From: Candidatus Poribacteria bacterium | Lineage (GTDB): Bacteria > Poribacteria > WGA-4E > PCPOR2b | Length of the DNA: 64,000 bases | NCBI GenBank assembly: GCA_965215015.1 | Contig: OZ244042.1 | Span: 1,792,001 to 1,856,000, forward strand | Reading direction: 5' to 3' | Part shown: positions 30,260 to 40,426 of the stretch, piece after piece | Layout: the number at the start of each line of letters is the position of its first letter | How positions within the stretch are numbered: position 1 is the first letter of the stretch | Made by a program: the position numbers and the translations under genes | The notes under the pieces: model-generated | Database searches by the model: none | Told to the model about the DNA's origin: nothing | What the model saw: only the letters and a program-made list of their open reading frames with translations

Positions 30260-31085
30260 ATCCGATTCTATCTGCGAATTCACTAGCGAAGGCATCGAAT
30301 TCTTGTATCTTGTACGGTCTAGCGTAGGAAGTATCAGAGATTGATTTGCCTTCACGTGCTCCCTTGGGGTATGAACGCGAGTAAGATATTTCGTTATCAA
30401 ATAGGTACCAGTTACGCTTATTTGCTTCTTGACGTACCGTTTGCTTAGCTTTCTCCGCTTCTGGAATATACTCGTCAGATTGATTAAATACAATCCCTGC
30501 AAGCTGGATCTGTCTATCTGGGTATTTGTCATTGAAGTGCTCCATTGATCGTGCCAAGAGTGGGAGACCAATAGTAGACAGAAATTCGGGTTTGACTGGC
30601 ACTAGCACATAATCGCTCGCTAGATACGCTGCGGTAGTGAACAATGACTCAGTTGGGGGACAATCAAAGAGTATCAGGTCATAACTGTTTTCGACCTCGG
30701 AGATAAACTCCGCCAATAGATGCTCTTTTTGTGCTGGCTCGCGTAGGGTATGGGCCAATTCCAAACGTGAAGGAATCAAATCCACCCATGAATCTCCATA
30801 CTCGGCCCAGCAGCCTGTATAAACCCTGTGGATAACACCTGTATAAGCGATAACACTTAATGGGGCTTCACGCTCCTCGAATATATTTTGAACTGTCGGC
30901 GCATTTGCTTCGTGAATCCTTCTATACCTATACCTGCCAAGCATATATTGGCTTGCATTAAACTGAGGGTCAAGGTCAACTAACAGAACACGTGCTCCAT
31001 CACCCCAATTCCAAGCGAGATTCACGGCAAGCGTTGTTTTACCAACTCCGCCTTTCATATTAATTAGTGATACCTTTATCCCCAT
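30255..31085 (-). CDS. ParA/Soj family ATPase (orphan, no parB)
   Basis: KGGVGKTT, DLDPQ, DCPP; RBS AGGAG. Confidence 0.9.
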   Translation of the reverse strand: MGIKVSLINMKGGVGKTTLAVNLAWNWGDGARVLLVDLDPQFNASQYMLGRYRYRRIHEANAPTVQNIFEEREAPLSVIAYTGVIHRVYTGCWAEYGDSWVDLIPSRLELAHTLREPAQKEHLLAEFISEVENSYDLILFDCPPTESLFTTAAYLASDYVLVPVKPEFLSTIGLPLLARSMEHFNDKYPDRQIQLAGIVFNQSDEYIPEAEKAKQTVRQEANKRNWYLFDNEISYSRSYPKGAREGKSISDTSYARPYKIQEFDAFASEFADRIGY

Positions 31086-31102
31086 CTATCTAATCTCCTA
31101 TC

Positions 31103-31192
31103 GCTCATGTTAAGAAAATGGTACAAAGAAACCGAGTTTTTGCCAAAAACTCGGTTTCTCTGATCTAGTCTGCACTTTCTTCTGACATGAGC
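31103..31192 (+). mobile_element. MITE family A, best-preserved copy
   Basis: GCTCATGT...ACATGAGC termini; AGAAACCGAGTTTTT/AAAAACTCGGTTTCT internal hairpin. Confidence 0.75.
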
Positions 31193-31211
31193 CCCTACTG
31201 TCTCTTAATTT

Positions 31212-31868
31212 CTACATTGCAAAGTTTCCAACGAAAACGTTGTTTGTCTCCTCATCACAACTCCAAGTGACGGAGAGAATTTTGTCTTGATAGCAATAGG
31301 AGGTCGATTTACCGACGATAGGGGTATCAAGTTGCTCCAGCGGCTTGTACCAAATCTGGTGCGGCTGGGTGCAGTTTTGGCACGGGTAGCGCGAAACCGA
31401 TAGTGTTAGCACCTTTCCAACATGCAAATCATATTTCACATCTTTCTTCGTGAAAGTGATTGGCGCGCGCTCTGTGCTAACGACCTCGCCGAGGAGCTCG
31501 CCGCGTTTCGTGGTCATCAGATCGGTTAAGACAGAACGCTGTTCCAAAGTCGCTTTTTCGTCGAGATACAGGACGCTGCGGCGTGTGTCGCTATCAAGTG
31601 CAAGGTTATTCTTTGCTGTTACCACTGCGACCACAATCAATCCCTTCAACGAAACGCCCTTCCAGGTCCCTTGACGGATATTCCAAACGAGTGTCGCCTC
31701 TCTACCCCCTTCGACGTACTCAGCCCCATAATGGCATGCCCCGACATAAACACTGACAGATCGAGCTTCCAAATACTCGCCCTGCACAGTTTCGGGTTGC
31801 GTAGCCAACCCACCGGGGACGGTCAGTAAAAGCGCAATTGCCGTTAAGGTAAAAATCTTGGTTATCAT
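31212..31868 (-). CDS. secreted DUF1326-like protein
   Basis: signal peptide; GEYLEARS...GACH; YLDEKAT-x-EQR. Confidence 0.6.
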   Translation of the reverse strand: MITKIFTLTAIALLLTVPGGLATQPETVQGEYLEARSVSVYVGACHYGAEYVEGGREATLVWNIRQGTWKGVSLKGLIVVAVVTAKNNLALDSDTRRSVLYLDEKATLEQRSVLTDLMTTKRGELLGEVVSTERAPITFTKKDVKYDLHVGKVLTLSVSRYPCQNCTQPHQIWYKPLEQLDTPIVGKSTSYCYQDKILSVTWSCDEETNNVFVGNFAM

Positions 31869-32040
31869 CTTTGGACTCCCTTCTAAATATCAAACGTGAA
31901 AGCTGCTATTTGCAGACACGTGTACAAGTTGCAAGGCAGTTTATCACACCCAAGTTATGACGTCAAGTGAAAAGAAAACCTCCGACATTTAAGAAACCTC
32001 AGAGAGAATATGCCCTCGAATCCCAAAATGGAATTTTCGC

Positions 32041-32069
32041 TTGACGGAACCCACGAAATATGATAGATT
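32041..32069 (+). promoter_or_regulatory. sigma70-type promoter upstream of the molybdoenzyme operon
   Basis: TTGACG-17 nt-TAGATT with an extended TG. Confidence 0.5.
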
Positions 32070-32230
32070 GTGCTGAGGAACCTCATCATCATTTAGTAGT
32101 AACAACGGAAAATTTCTGGAGTGTCTCGTCGGTCATCGGTCATTAGCAACCGATTTTAGCTCATCTAAAAGGAAAATCCAAAGCGCGCAGAGAAACTGAG
32201 TTTTTTCTTAAAAACTCGGTTTCTGTTGCA

Positions 32231-32743
32231 CCATTTCTTAACATGAGCTCCGATTTCTATTTTTTGTAGGAGTGGCGCATTTGAGTTTTTCACAACGTCA
32301 TTCAACCCACATCCCGATAGCCCATAAAAATCGTCGCTAGTAGGTAGACATACTCCTTATGCTGTCCCCCTGCTTGCGGGGGGACGAGAGGGGGGTGAGG
32401 ATACCATTTCTTAACATGAGCTCCGATTTCTATTTTTTGTAGGAGTGGCGCATTTGAGTTTTTCACAACGTCATTCAACCCACATCCCGATAGCCCATAA
32501 AAATCGTCGCTAATAGGTAGACATACTCCTTATGCTGTCCCCCTGCTTGCGGGGGGACGAGAGGGGGGTGAGGATACCATTTCTTAACATGAGCTCCGAT
32601 TTCTATTTTTTGTAGGAGTGGCGCATTTGAGTTTTTCACAACGTCATTCAACCCACATCCCGATAGCCCATAAATCGTCGCCAGTAATAGACATACACCT
32701 TATGCTGTCCCCCTGCTTGCGGGGGGACTAGAGGGGGGTTAGG
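32231..32743. repeat. 3 x 173-bp tandem repeat built from a MITE end and a CCCCCTGCTTGCGGGGG element
   Basis: CCATTTCTTAACATGAGC starts at 32231, 32404 and 32577; small differences between units. Confidence 0.9.
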
Positions 32744-32768
32744 AGTGCCACTAAGATAGGAGGACGAC

Positions 32769-33413
32769 ATGTCAAAAGAGAAAGAACGAAGTCAGGAAAC
32801 GACCATATCGCGGCGAAGTTTCCTGAAAGGCGTCGGCACCGGCGCGGTCGCCGCAAGCGTTGCACCCAATGTGCTCATTGGTGAAGAAACAGCGGCGGAA
32901 GCCCAGATGGGTGAAGAGATTACCCGCGCTAAAATCAAACTCAATATCAATGCCAAAACGTACGAAACTGAGGTCGAACCGCGCACCACATTGTTGAGCG
33001 TCTTGCGAGACGGTTTCGACACCGACGGCAATCGCCTCGACCTGACCGGCGCAAAACCTATCTGCGAGCGTGGCGAGTGCGGTGGGTGTACGGTGGAGGT
33101 CGACGGAAAGGCAGTTTATGCCTGTATGATGCTCGCCCTCGACGCACAGGACAAGCAAATTATCACCGTCGAAGGGCTTGCCAACGGCGATCATTTACAC
33201 CCAGTCCAAGAGGCATTTGTCCAGCACGATGCCTTGATGTGTGGTTTCTGTACACCCGGTTTTGTCGTGGCTGCGAAATCGTTGTTAGATCAGAATCCGA
33301 GCCCGAGCCATGAGGAGATTAAGGAAGGATTGACGGGCAACATCTGTCGCTGCGGGACTTACCCCTATATCTTTGAGGCAGTCAAAACAGCTTCGCGCAA
33401 GATGGGAGGCTAG
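32769..33413 (+). CDS. 2Fe-2S subunit of a PaoA/YagT-like aldehyde oxidoreductase, with Tat signal
   Basis: SRRSFLKG; CERGECGGCT; CGFCTPG; CRCG. Confidence 0.92.
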   Translation: MSKEKERSQETTISRRSFLKGVGTGAVAASVAPNVLIGEETAAEAQMGEEITRAKIKLNINAKTYETEVEPRTTLLSVLRDGFDTDGNRLDLTGAKPICERGECGGCTVEVDGKAVYACMMLALDAQDKQIITVEGLANGDHLHPVQEAFVQHDALMCGFCTPGFVVAAKSLLDQNPSPSHEEIKEGLTGNICRCGTYPYIFEAVKTASRKMGG

Positions 33414-33416
33414 AAA

Positions 33417-35537
33417 ATGGCATCATGGGGAAAAGCAAGGGATTCGCGCCTGATTGGCAAACGCATCCCGCGTTTGTCAGGTGCTGATAAAGTGACTGGA
33501 AAGGCAAAGTACACGTTTGACATCAATCGTCCCGGGATGCTTTATGGTCATATTCTGCGGTCACCGGTGGCACATGCGACCATCACTGGTATTGACCTCA
33601 GCGAAGCAGAAGCACTGCCCGGCGTCAAAGCGGCCATCCCGCTGATTGAACCGGGGAAACGGGTTCGCTTCGAGGGGCAGGAGATTGCTGCGGTTGCGGC
33701 TACTACCCCCGACATTGCAGAGGATGCGGTTCGATTGATTCAATTCGACTATGATGAATTGGACTACGTCGTTGATGTCGAGGCGGCAAAAGAGGCAGGT
33801 GCTCCGCAAATTCGTGACGATTGGAAGGGAAATCAGAGTGAGCCGCGAGTTGACGAACGCGGAGATATCGAGGCAGGCTTCGATGAAGCGGCTGTCGAGG
33901 TTGAGACGACCTACCACGCCCCGGTGCAAACCCATGTCTGTCTGGAAACACACGGGCATGTCGCTGAGTGGGACGGAGATAACCTGACCGTTTGGGCTTC
34001 GACGCAGGCGATTTTTGGCACACGCCAAAATTTCGCTCGGCATTTTGAGCTGCCCGAAAATCAGGTGCGTGTCAGCACCGAACACATGGGCGGCGGCTTT
34101 GGCAGTAAATTTGGCCCCGGGGTGGAAGGGGTCACCGCCGCGAAGCTCGCTCGAAAAGCGGGAGCACCTGTCAAACTGATGTTGACCCGTAAGGACGAGC
34201 ACCTCGTCGCCGGCAACCGTCCATCAATGACACAGCAGGTCCGTGCCGGTGCCACCGAAGATGGTCGCTTCATCGCTTACGACATGAGCGGCTACGGCAC
34301 AGGGGGTATCGGGAGTGGCGCGGGTTTCACCGGTCCCTATGTCTATCATGTCCCGAACTACCGAACTAAAAAATCTGCTGTCGCGATCAATGCAGGCAGT
34401 GCCCGTGCCATGCGGGCGCCGGGTCATCCACAGGGGGCCTTCGCGATGGATTCACTAATGGACGAGCTTGCCGAAAAGCTGAATATGGATCCATTAGAGT
34501 TCCGCCGCATAAACAGCGATAGCGACGCACGACGAAACAGGATTCGTCAAGCGGAATATACGCTCGGTGCACAAGAGATTGGCTGGCACCGACGCAACAG
34601 AGTCCCCGGCTCCGGTACGGGCGTTACGAAACGCGGCATAGGTATCGGCTGCGGATTGTGGGGCGGCGGCGGTGGTGCAGGAACACAAGCCCGTGTGACC
34701 ATCCACGCAAGCGGTGCTGTCGAGGCGGTCACCGGCACACAAGATATCGGCACAGGTATCCGAACGGTTATCGCCATTATCGTTGCAGAAGAGCTGGGAC
34801 TGCGGCCTCAAGACATCACAGTGAAAATTGGCGACACTGAACCGGGGTTGTCCTCCCGTGGAAGTGGGGGAAGCCAGACAATTGGCTCTGTAGCACCAGT
34901 CATAAAGACCGCAGCGATGGCAGCCAAGCGTAAGCTCTTTGCACATATCGCACCCCTGGTGGAAGCGGAACCGGGGGATTTACGCGCTGCTGACGGGCGG
35001 ATTTACACCAAATCAGATCTAAGGATGAGCCTCCCGTGGAAAGAGGCGACGGGCTATCTCGGCATGGAAACCATCTCAGAAGGGGGCGAATGGGACGAAA
35101 ACCTCCGTATCGGCGATACCGCCGGTGTACAGTTTGCCGAGGTCGAAGTCGACACAGAAACGGGGATTGTCAAGGTCATCAAGGTTGTCGCCATCCAAGA
35201 CTGCGGTTTGGTGGTCAACCGCCTAACGACCGAAAGCCAGATTAACGGTGCTGTCGTTATGGGATTGGGCTATGCGCTCCTTGAAGAGCGCATTATGGAC
35301 GACCAAACCGGCAAGATGATTAACCCCAACCTTGAGGATTACAAAGTCCCGGGAACGATGGAAATCCCTGAGATTAAATCCATCGCATACGATACCGACC
35401 GGAAGATAACGGGGATCGGTGAACCCCCGACCATCCCAACGGCGGGGGCAATTGCAAACGCTGTCTACAACGCAATCGGCGTTCGCATCCGGGAACTCCC
35501 TATCACGCCTGACAAAGTCCTCAACGCCCTCGGTTAG
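33417..35537 (+). CDS. molybdopterin-binding subunit (PaoC/YagR, xanthine dehydrogenase family)
   Basis: KVTGKAKY, GGGFGSK, MRAPGHPQG, QDIGTG, GIGEPP. Confidence 0.92.
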   Translation: MASWGKARDSRLIGKRIPRLSGADKVTGKAKYTFDINRPGMLYGHILRSPVAHATITGIDLSEAEALPGVKAAIPLIEPGKRVRFEGQEIAAVAATTPDIAEDAVRLIQFDYDELDYVVDVEAAKEAGAPQIRDDWKGNQSEPRVDERGDIEAGFDEAAVEVETTYHAPVQTHVCLETHGHVAEWDGDNLTVWASTQAIFGTRQNFARHFELPENQVRVSTEHMGGGFGSKFGPGVEGVTAAKLARKAGAPVKLMLTRKDEHLVAGNRPSMTQQVRAGATEDGRFIAYDMSGYGTGGIGSGAGFTGPYVYHVPNYRTKKSAVAINAGSARAMRAPGHPQGAFAMDSLMDELAEKLNMDPLEFRRINSDSDARRNRIRQAEYTLGAQEIGWHRRNRVPGSGTGVTKRGIGIGCGLWGGGGGAGTQARVTIHASGAVEAVTGTQDIGTGIRTVIAIIVAEELGLRPQDITVKIGDTEPGLSSRGSGGSQTIGSVAPVIKTAAMAAKRKLFAHIAPLVEAEPGDLRAADGRIYTKSDLRMSLPWKEATGYLGMETISEGGEWDENLRIGDTAGVQFAEVEVDTETGIVKVIKVVAIQDCGLVVNRLTTESQINGAVVMGLGYALLEERIMDDQTGKMINPNLEDYKVPGTMEIPEIKSIAYDTDRKITGIGEPPTIPTAGAIANAVYNAIGVRIRELPITPDKVLNALG

Positions 35538-35556
35538 GAGAGGAGGAAATGAAAAG

Positions 35557-36531
35557 ATGGAAAATTTTGCTTACGTCAACGCGGCAGATATCGAGCAGGT
35601 CCCTTCGTTATTGAGCGACGATTGGAACGAAACGAAAATGATCGCGGGAGGAACGGATCTTCTCGGCGAGTTGAAGGAGTACATTGAAACGCCGAAGAAG
35701 GTAGTCAACCTCAAATCCATCCCCGGTCTGGATGAGATTCGCGCGGATGCATCGGGCTTAACCATCGGTGCACTCGTGACACTCGCTGACATTGCTGCAC
35801 ACCCAACCATTCAGGGGCATTATACCGTGCTGGCAGAGGCTGCCGCCTCCGTCGCATCGCCACAGATTCGGAATGTGGGCACGCTTGGTGGCAACCTGTG
35901 TCAGCGCCCCCGCTGCTGGTACTATCGCGATCCCGATATTATTTGTCTCAAAAAGGGCGGCGATACCTGCTACGCAGTCGATGGCTTGAACAAGTACCAC
36001 GCAATTTTTGGCGGGGGGCCCGTCTACATCGTCCATCCCTCTGATACGGCACCGGCCCTCATCGCCCTCGGTGCTACGGTGAAAATTGTCGGCCCCAACG
36101 GAGATAGGACGATGCCGCTGGAAGATTTCTTCGTCCTGCCCGAAATCAATCCGCAACGTGAAAACGTCCTCGAACCAAACGAGGTTGTTACAGAGGTGCA
36201 CCTCCCTCCATCGAAGCGGCACACGAAGAGCACTTACGTCAAAGTCCGTGAACGGGGTTCCTTTGACTTTGCGTTGGTGAGCGTTGCAGCCGTCTTCGAG
36301 ATGAACGGCGCGACCTGCAGCAGGGCAAACGTCGTCCTCGGTGGGGTTGCTCCTATCCCTTGGCGATCCAAGGAAGCCGAAGCAGCGTTGAACGGCAAAG
36401 GTATCACCGCAGCGGTAGCAAAGCAGGCTGGCGAGGCAGCGGTGGCCAATGCAGACCCAATGACTGACAACGGCTATAAGGTCCCATTAACTCGGAACAT
36501 TATCAGCCGCGCCGCAATGACCCTCGCTTAG
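35557..36531 (+). CDS. FAD-binding subunit (PaoB/YagS-like, with 4Fe-4S insert)
   Basis: AGGTDL, QIRNVGTLGGNLCQRPRCWYYR, GGVAPIPWR. Confidence 0.92.
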   Translation: MENFAYVNAADIEQVPSLLSDDWNETKMIAGGTDLLGELKEYIETPKKVVNLKSIPGLDEIRADASGLTIGALVTLADIAAHPTIQGHYTVLAEAAASVASPQIRNVGTLGGNLCQRPRCWYYRDPDIICLKKGGDTCYAVDGLNKYHAIFGGGPVYIVHPSDTAPALIALGATVKIVGPNGDRTMPLEDFFVLPEINPQRENVLEPNEVVTEVHLPPSKRHTKSTYVKVRERGSFDFALVSVAAVFEMNGATCSRANVVLGGVAPIPWRSKEAEAALNGKGITAAVAKQAGEAAVANADPMTDNGYKVPLTRNIISRAAMTLA

Positions 36532-36588
36532 GCATAGCCTCGTCAATCTCGAAGAATCTGTCTACATACCATACTAAGGAGAACGAAC

Positions 36589-36828
36589 ATGTTAGCGGAA
36601 AAAGGTCCCTCCCTCTTAAATAAACCGATATGTCAAAACCTATGTACCAAGGCACTCTATACCCCCGGCGGCAACCTGCAAAACCTCGTCGAGACCAATC
36701 CGTTCTCAAACTACTGGTGCAACTGCACCATGACGGTGGTTGGACCGGATGATCGATTTGTTTCCCCAGAAAACTGCAATCGGTCTCGCGTCTGCTTTAA
36801 GCAGATTGGGGGCACCCCTGTTGCATAG
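36589..36828 (+). CDS. small Cys-rich protein at the end of the molybdoenzyme operon
   Basis: RBS AAGGAG; CQNLC, YWCNCT, GPDD, C-x-x-x-R-x-C. Confidence 0.65.
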   Translation: MLAEKGPSLLNKPICQNLCTKALYTPGGNLQNLVETNPFSNYWCNCTMTVVGPDDRFVSPENCNRSRVCFKQIGGTPVA

Positions 36829-37024
36829 TTTGGCTTAAGGGCTCGTTCGTCGTAGTGCCCTTCATTGCCTGTGTCGGCGGGCGCCCATAAATCGTTGAGC
36901 TACTCGTAGTAGCGTTTGTAGTAGTGCAATTTATTGCACGTGGCGGCGTGAAAAAGCATTGAAAGAATAGCCCATGGCACAAAAGACACCGAGTAACTTC
37001 CCTTCAACTGCAAAGGATTCCTAA

Positions 37025-40000
37025 ATGCCCCGCATCTTCGATAACATTGACCAACGGTTGCTACCCGCGCTCTGCAAGACCCTCACAACTGCCAATCACG
37101 CCGACTTTTGCGTCGGTTATTTTAACCTGCGGGGATGGAGGGGGCTCAGCTCTTATATTGAGGAGTGGAAGGGGGGCGAAGGGGGGTGTTGCCGCCTACT
37201 GGTGGGGATGCAATTACCTCCTGAAGAAACCTTCCGAGGTGCCATGCGCCTTAATAAAGGGAAGGATGGAATTGACAATCAAAGAGCGTTGCGCTTGAAA
37301 CAAAGATTGGCGGAGGAGTTCCGCGAACAGTTGACCGTCGGTGTGCCGACCCGTAAAGATGAAAAAGGTTTGCGCCAATTGGCACAACAGATTCGCGACG
37401 ACAAGGTAAAGGTAAAGCTGTTTCTTCGACATCCGCTCCATGCAAAACTGTACCTACTTTACCGTCCGGATCCAATTGCGCCGATTGTGGGGTACCTCGG
37501 TAGTAGCAACCTAACCCTTGCCGGACTCTCACGGCAGGGCGAACTCAACATTGATGTGGTCGATTCAGACGCCTGTCAGAAGTTAGAAAATTGGTTTGAA
37601 GAACGATGGAAGGACCGGTGGTGTATTGATATCTCTAAGGAATTGGTTGAAATTATTGAGCAGAGTTGGGCACGTGAGGAACGAATTCCGCCATATCACA
37701 TCTACATCAAAATGGCGTATCATCTGTCGCAAGAAGCGCGGGCGGGATTGACGGAATTTCAGATTCCATCTGATTTTGAGAATGAACTATTTGAATTTCA
37801 AACCGCAGCGGTTAAAATCGCAGCGCGCCACCTGAATAGACGCGGCGGGGTGCTGATCGGGGATGTTGTCGGCCTCGGCAAAACGCTGATGGGAACGGCA
37901 CTCGCACGTATATTTGAAGACGACTACGATCTCGAAACGCTGATTATCTGTCCAAAGAATTTGATGAACATGTGGGAGGATTATCGGCAAAGGTATCGCC
38001 TACGTGGGAAGGTGCTTTCAAGCAGCCAGGTCATCTCTAAATTGCCGGACCTTCGACGCTATCGCCTTGTCCTGATTGATGAAAGCCATAACCTCAGAAA
38101 CCGCGAGGGAAAACGCTATAGCGCGATTCGGGAATATATCGAAAAAAATGATAGCAAGGTTATCCTCCTCTCTGCAACCCCCTACAACAAAACCTATCTC
38201 GACCTCTCTAACCAGTTGCGCCTGTTTGTTGATGAGAGTGAAGACTTGGGGATTCGACCGGAGCAATTGCTCAGGAGTCTAGGCGGTGAAGCCGCGTTTG
38301 TTAGCAAACACCAAAGCGGTCCCCGAACGCTTGCAGCGTTTGAGCATAGCGAACACATCGATGACTGGCGTGAATTGATGCGCCTCTATCTGGTGCGCCG
38401 TACGCGCAGCTTCATCATGGAGAACTACACCGAAACAGAACCCCAGACGGGCCGGAAGTTTCTCTCCTTCCCCGATGGAACGCGTTCCTACTTTCCCACA
38501 CGCATTCCCAAAACGGTGAAGTTCACAATTGATGACCAAAACTCCAATGACCCCTATGCCCAGTTGTACTCTCCGCATGTTGTGGATACCATCAGTAATC
38601 TGAAACTACCCCGATATGGACTGGCAAATTACATTGACAAGGGGCCATCGCAACAACCGACGTCCGGTGAGCAAGGACAATTGGATAACCTCTCACGGGG
38701 CGGGAAGCGGTTGATTGGCTTCAGTCGAACCAACCTTTTCAAGCGACTAGAAAGTAGCGGCCATGTGTTCCTCCAGTCTGTTGAACGGCACATTTTGCGA
38801 AACTATATTTACCTCTACGCCATCGAAAAGGACAAACCACTACCGATTGGAACGCAAGACGCTCAGATGCTTGATTCGCGCCTCTACGATGAAGACACCG
38901 ATACCCCGAATCTCATGTCCAATCCGTTTGATGATGACACTGAGGCACAAGTCGATGACACCAGTTCACAATTGGCTGCCTATACAACTGACGCGTTCAA
39001 AAGGCAAGCCGCTGAAATCTATCGTCTCTACACGACACAATACAGAAGCCGGTTTGGGTGGATTCGTCCGAATCTCTTCTGTCAATCACTTCGGGACGAC
39101 CTCGCCGCCGACGCACGCGCCTTGCTTAAAATTTTACAACAATACGGTGCATGGGATGCGGCAAAAGACGCAAAACTGAACGCCCTTGAGGACCTCTTAA
39201 CCCAAAGCCACTCGGAAGATAAGATCTTAATTTTTACGCAATTTGCCGATACAGTGCGGTATCTGAATGAGGTTCTTTCAGCGCGTGGGATTGCTCAGCT
39301 AGCAGCGGTTACGGGGGCCTCCTCAGATCCGACCGAACTGGCGCAGCGATTCAGTCCTGTCAGTAATAACAGGCAAAATACACAAAATGAGTTACGGGTT
39401 CTCATTAGCACAGACATACTGAGTGAAGGACAGAACCTACAAGATTGTGCGATTGTCGTCAACTATGACCTACCTTGGGCGATTATCCGCCTCGTTCAAC
39501 GCGCCGGGCGTGTCGACCGGATTGGTCAAAACGCTGAGAATATTTTATGCTATTCGTTTCTGCCGGCGGAAGGCGTCGAGCGCATCATCGCTTTGCGGGG
39601 GCGCGTCCGGGAACGGTTACATCAGAATGCGGAGGTTGTCGGCACGGACGAAGCGTTTTTTGAAGATGATCGCAATGAGCAGGCGATTGTTGACCTCTAC
39701 CATGAGCGGGCGGGGTTACTTGACGATGAATTAGATAACGATGTCGATCTTGCCTCTTATGCGTATCAGATTTGGAAAAATGCAATCACCCAAGATCCAC
39801 AGTTAGAAGGTACCGTCTCTCAACTGCTACCCGTCGTTTATTCAACACGACCGCACTGCCCGACGGATACGGAACCCGAGGGGGCACTCATTTATATGCG
39901 GACAGGTGAAGGAAACGATACGCTGGCATGGGTGAATCGAGACGGGGACAGTGTAACGGAATCCCAGTTTGCAATTCTTCAGGCTGCAGCGTGCGCCCCG

Positions 40001-40426
40001 GATACCCCTGCACTGCCCCCGCTTGCAGAACACCATCAACTTGTGAAACGGGGGACAGAGTTGATAATAGATGAGGAAAAGTCGGTTGGCGGAGGCCTCG
40101 GACGACCGTCGGGGGCGCGGTTCCGTACCTATGAACGTCTGAAGCAGTACGCCAACGAGGTAAAAGGAATGCTATTTGATACGCAAGACCTGGGACGAGC
40201 CATTGAAGACATCAATCGATACCCGTTGCGTCAGGAGGCGACCGACGCCCTGAATCGCCAACTGCGTAGCGGTATTTCCGATCAAGCCCTTGTGGAACTG
40301 GTAATCGCGCTGCGGAACGAAGATCGGCTCTGTATTATTCAAGAGGAGGCGCGAACACGAGAACCGCAGATTATCTGTTCATTGGGGCTTGCAGCCAGCG
40401 AAGGAGAGAACACCGATGCCAATTAA
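37025..40426 (+). CDS. PLD-nuclease / SNF2-like helicase fusion (restriction-type subunit)
   Basis: LHAKLY and GSSNLT (PLD), DVVGLGKT, DESHN, SATP, EGQNLQ, QRAGRVDRIG. Confidence 0.9.
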   Translation: MPRIFDNIDQRLLPALCKTLTTANHADFCVGYFNLRGWRGLSSYIEEWKGGEGGCCRLLVGMQLPPEETFRGAMRLNKGKDGIDNQRALRLKQRLAEEFREQLTVGVPTRKDEKGLRQLAQQIRDDKVKVKLFLRHPLHAKLYLLYRPDPIAPIVGYLGSSNLTLAGLSRQGELNIDVVDSDACQKLENWFEERWKDRWCIDISKELVEIIEQSWAREERIPPYHIYIKMAYHLSQEARAGLTEFQIPSDFENELFEFQTAAVKIAARHLNRRGGVLIGDVVGLGKTLMGTALARIFEDDYDLETLIICPKNLMNMWEDYRQRYRLRGKVLSSSQVISKLPDLRRYRLVLIDESHNLRNREGKRYSAIREYIEKNDSKVILLSATPYNKTYLDLSNQLRLFVDESEDLGIRPEQLLRSLGGEAAFVSKHQSGPRTLAAFEHSEHIDDWRELMRLYLVRRTRSFIMENYTETEPQTGRKFLSFPDGTRSYFPTRIPKTVKFTIDDQNSNDPYAQLYSPHVVDTISNLKLPRYGLANYIDKGPSQQPTSGEQGQLDNLSRGGKRLIGFSRTNLFKRLESSGHVFLQSVERHILRNYIYLYAIEKDKPLPIGTQDAQMLDSRLYDEDTDTPNLMSNPFDDDTEAQVDDTSSQLAAYTTDAFKRQAAEIYRLYTTQYRSRFGWIRPNLFCQSLRDDLAADARALLKILQQYGAWDAAKDAKLNALEDLLTQSHSEDKILIFTQFADTVRYLNEVLSARGIAQLAAVTGASSDPTELAQRFSPVSNNRQNTQNELRVLISTDILSEGQNLQDCAIVVNYDLPWAIIRLVQRAGRVDRIGQNAENILCYSFLPAEGVERIIALRGRVRERLHQNAEVVGTDEAFFEDDRNEQAIVDLYHERAGLLDDELDNDVDLASYAYQIWKNAITQDPQLEGTVSQLLPVVYSTRPHCPTDTEPEGALIYMRTGEGNDTLAWVNRDGDSVTESQFAILQAAACAPDTPALPPLAEHHQLVKRGTELIIDEEKSVGGGLGRPSGARFRTYERLKQYANEVKGMLFDTQDLGRAIEDINRYPLRQEATDALNRQLRSGISDQALVELVIALRNEDRLCIIQEEARTREPQIICSLGLAASEGENTDAN

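Noticed and set aside
29815-30571. ORFs starting MVSHSWHDQW
   Set aside because: Alternative-frame read-through of parA and its duplicate; the ILKILIQT ending is translated repeat DNA
29855-30653. DGR template/variable repeat pair in parA
   Set aside because: Differences involve all four bases in both directions rather than adenines only, and there is no reverse transcriptase in the window
32070-32230. Moco riboswitch upstream of the molybdoenzyme operon
   Set aside because: No recognisable Moco RNA motif by eye and much of the region is MITE sequence; an Rfam scan would settle it
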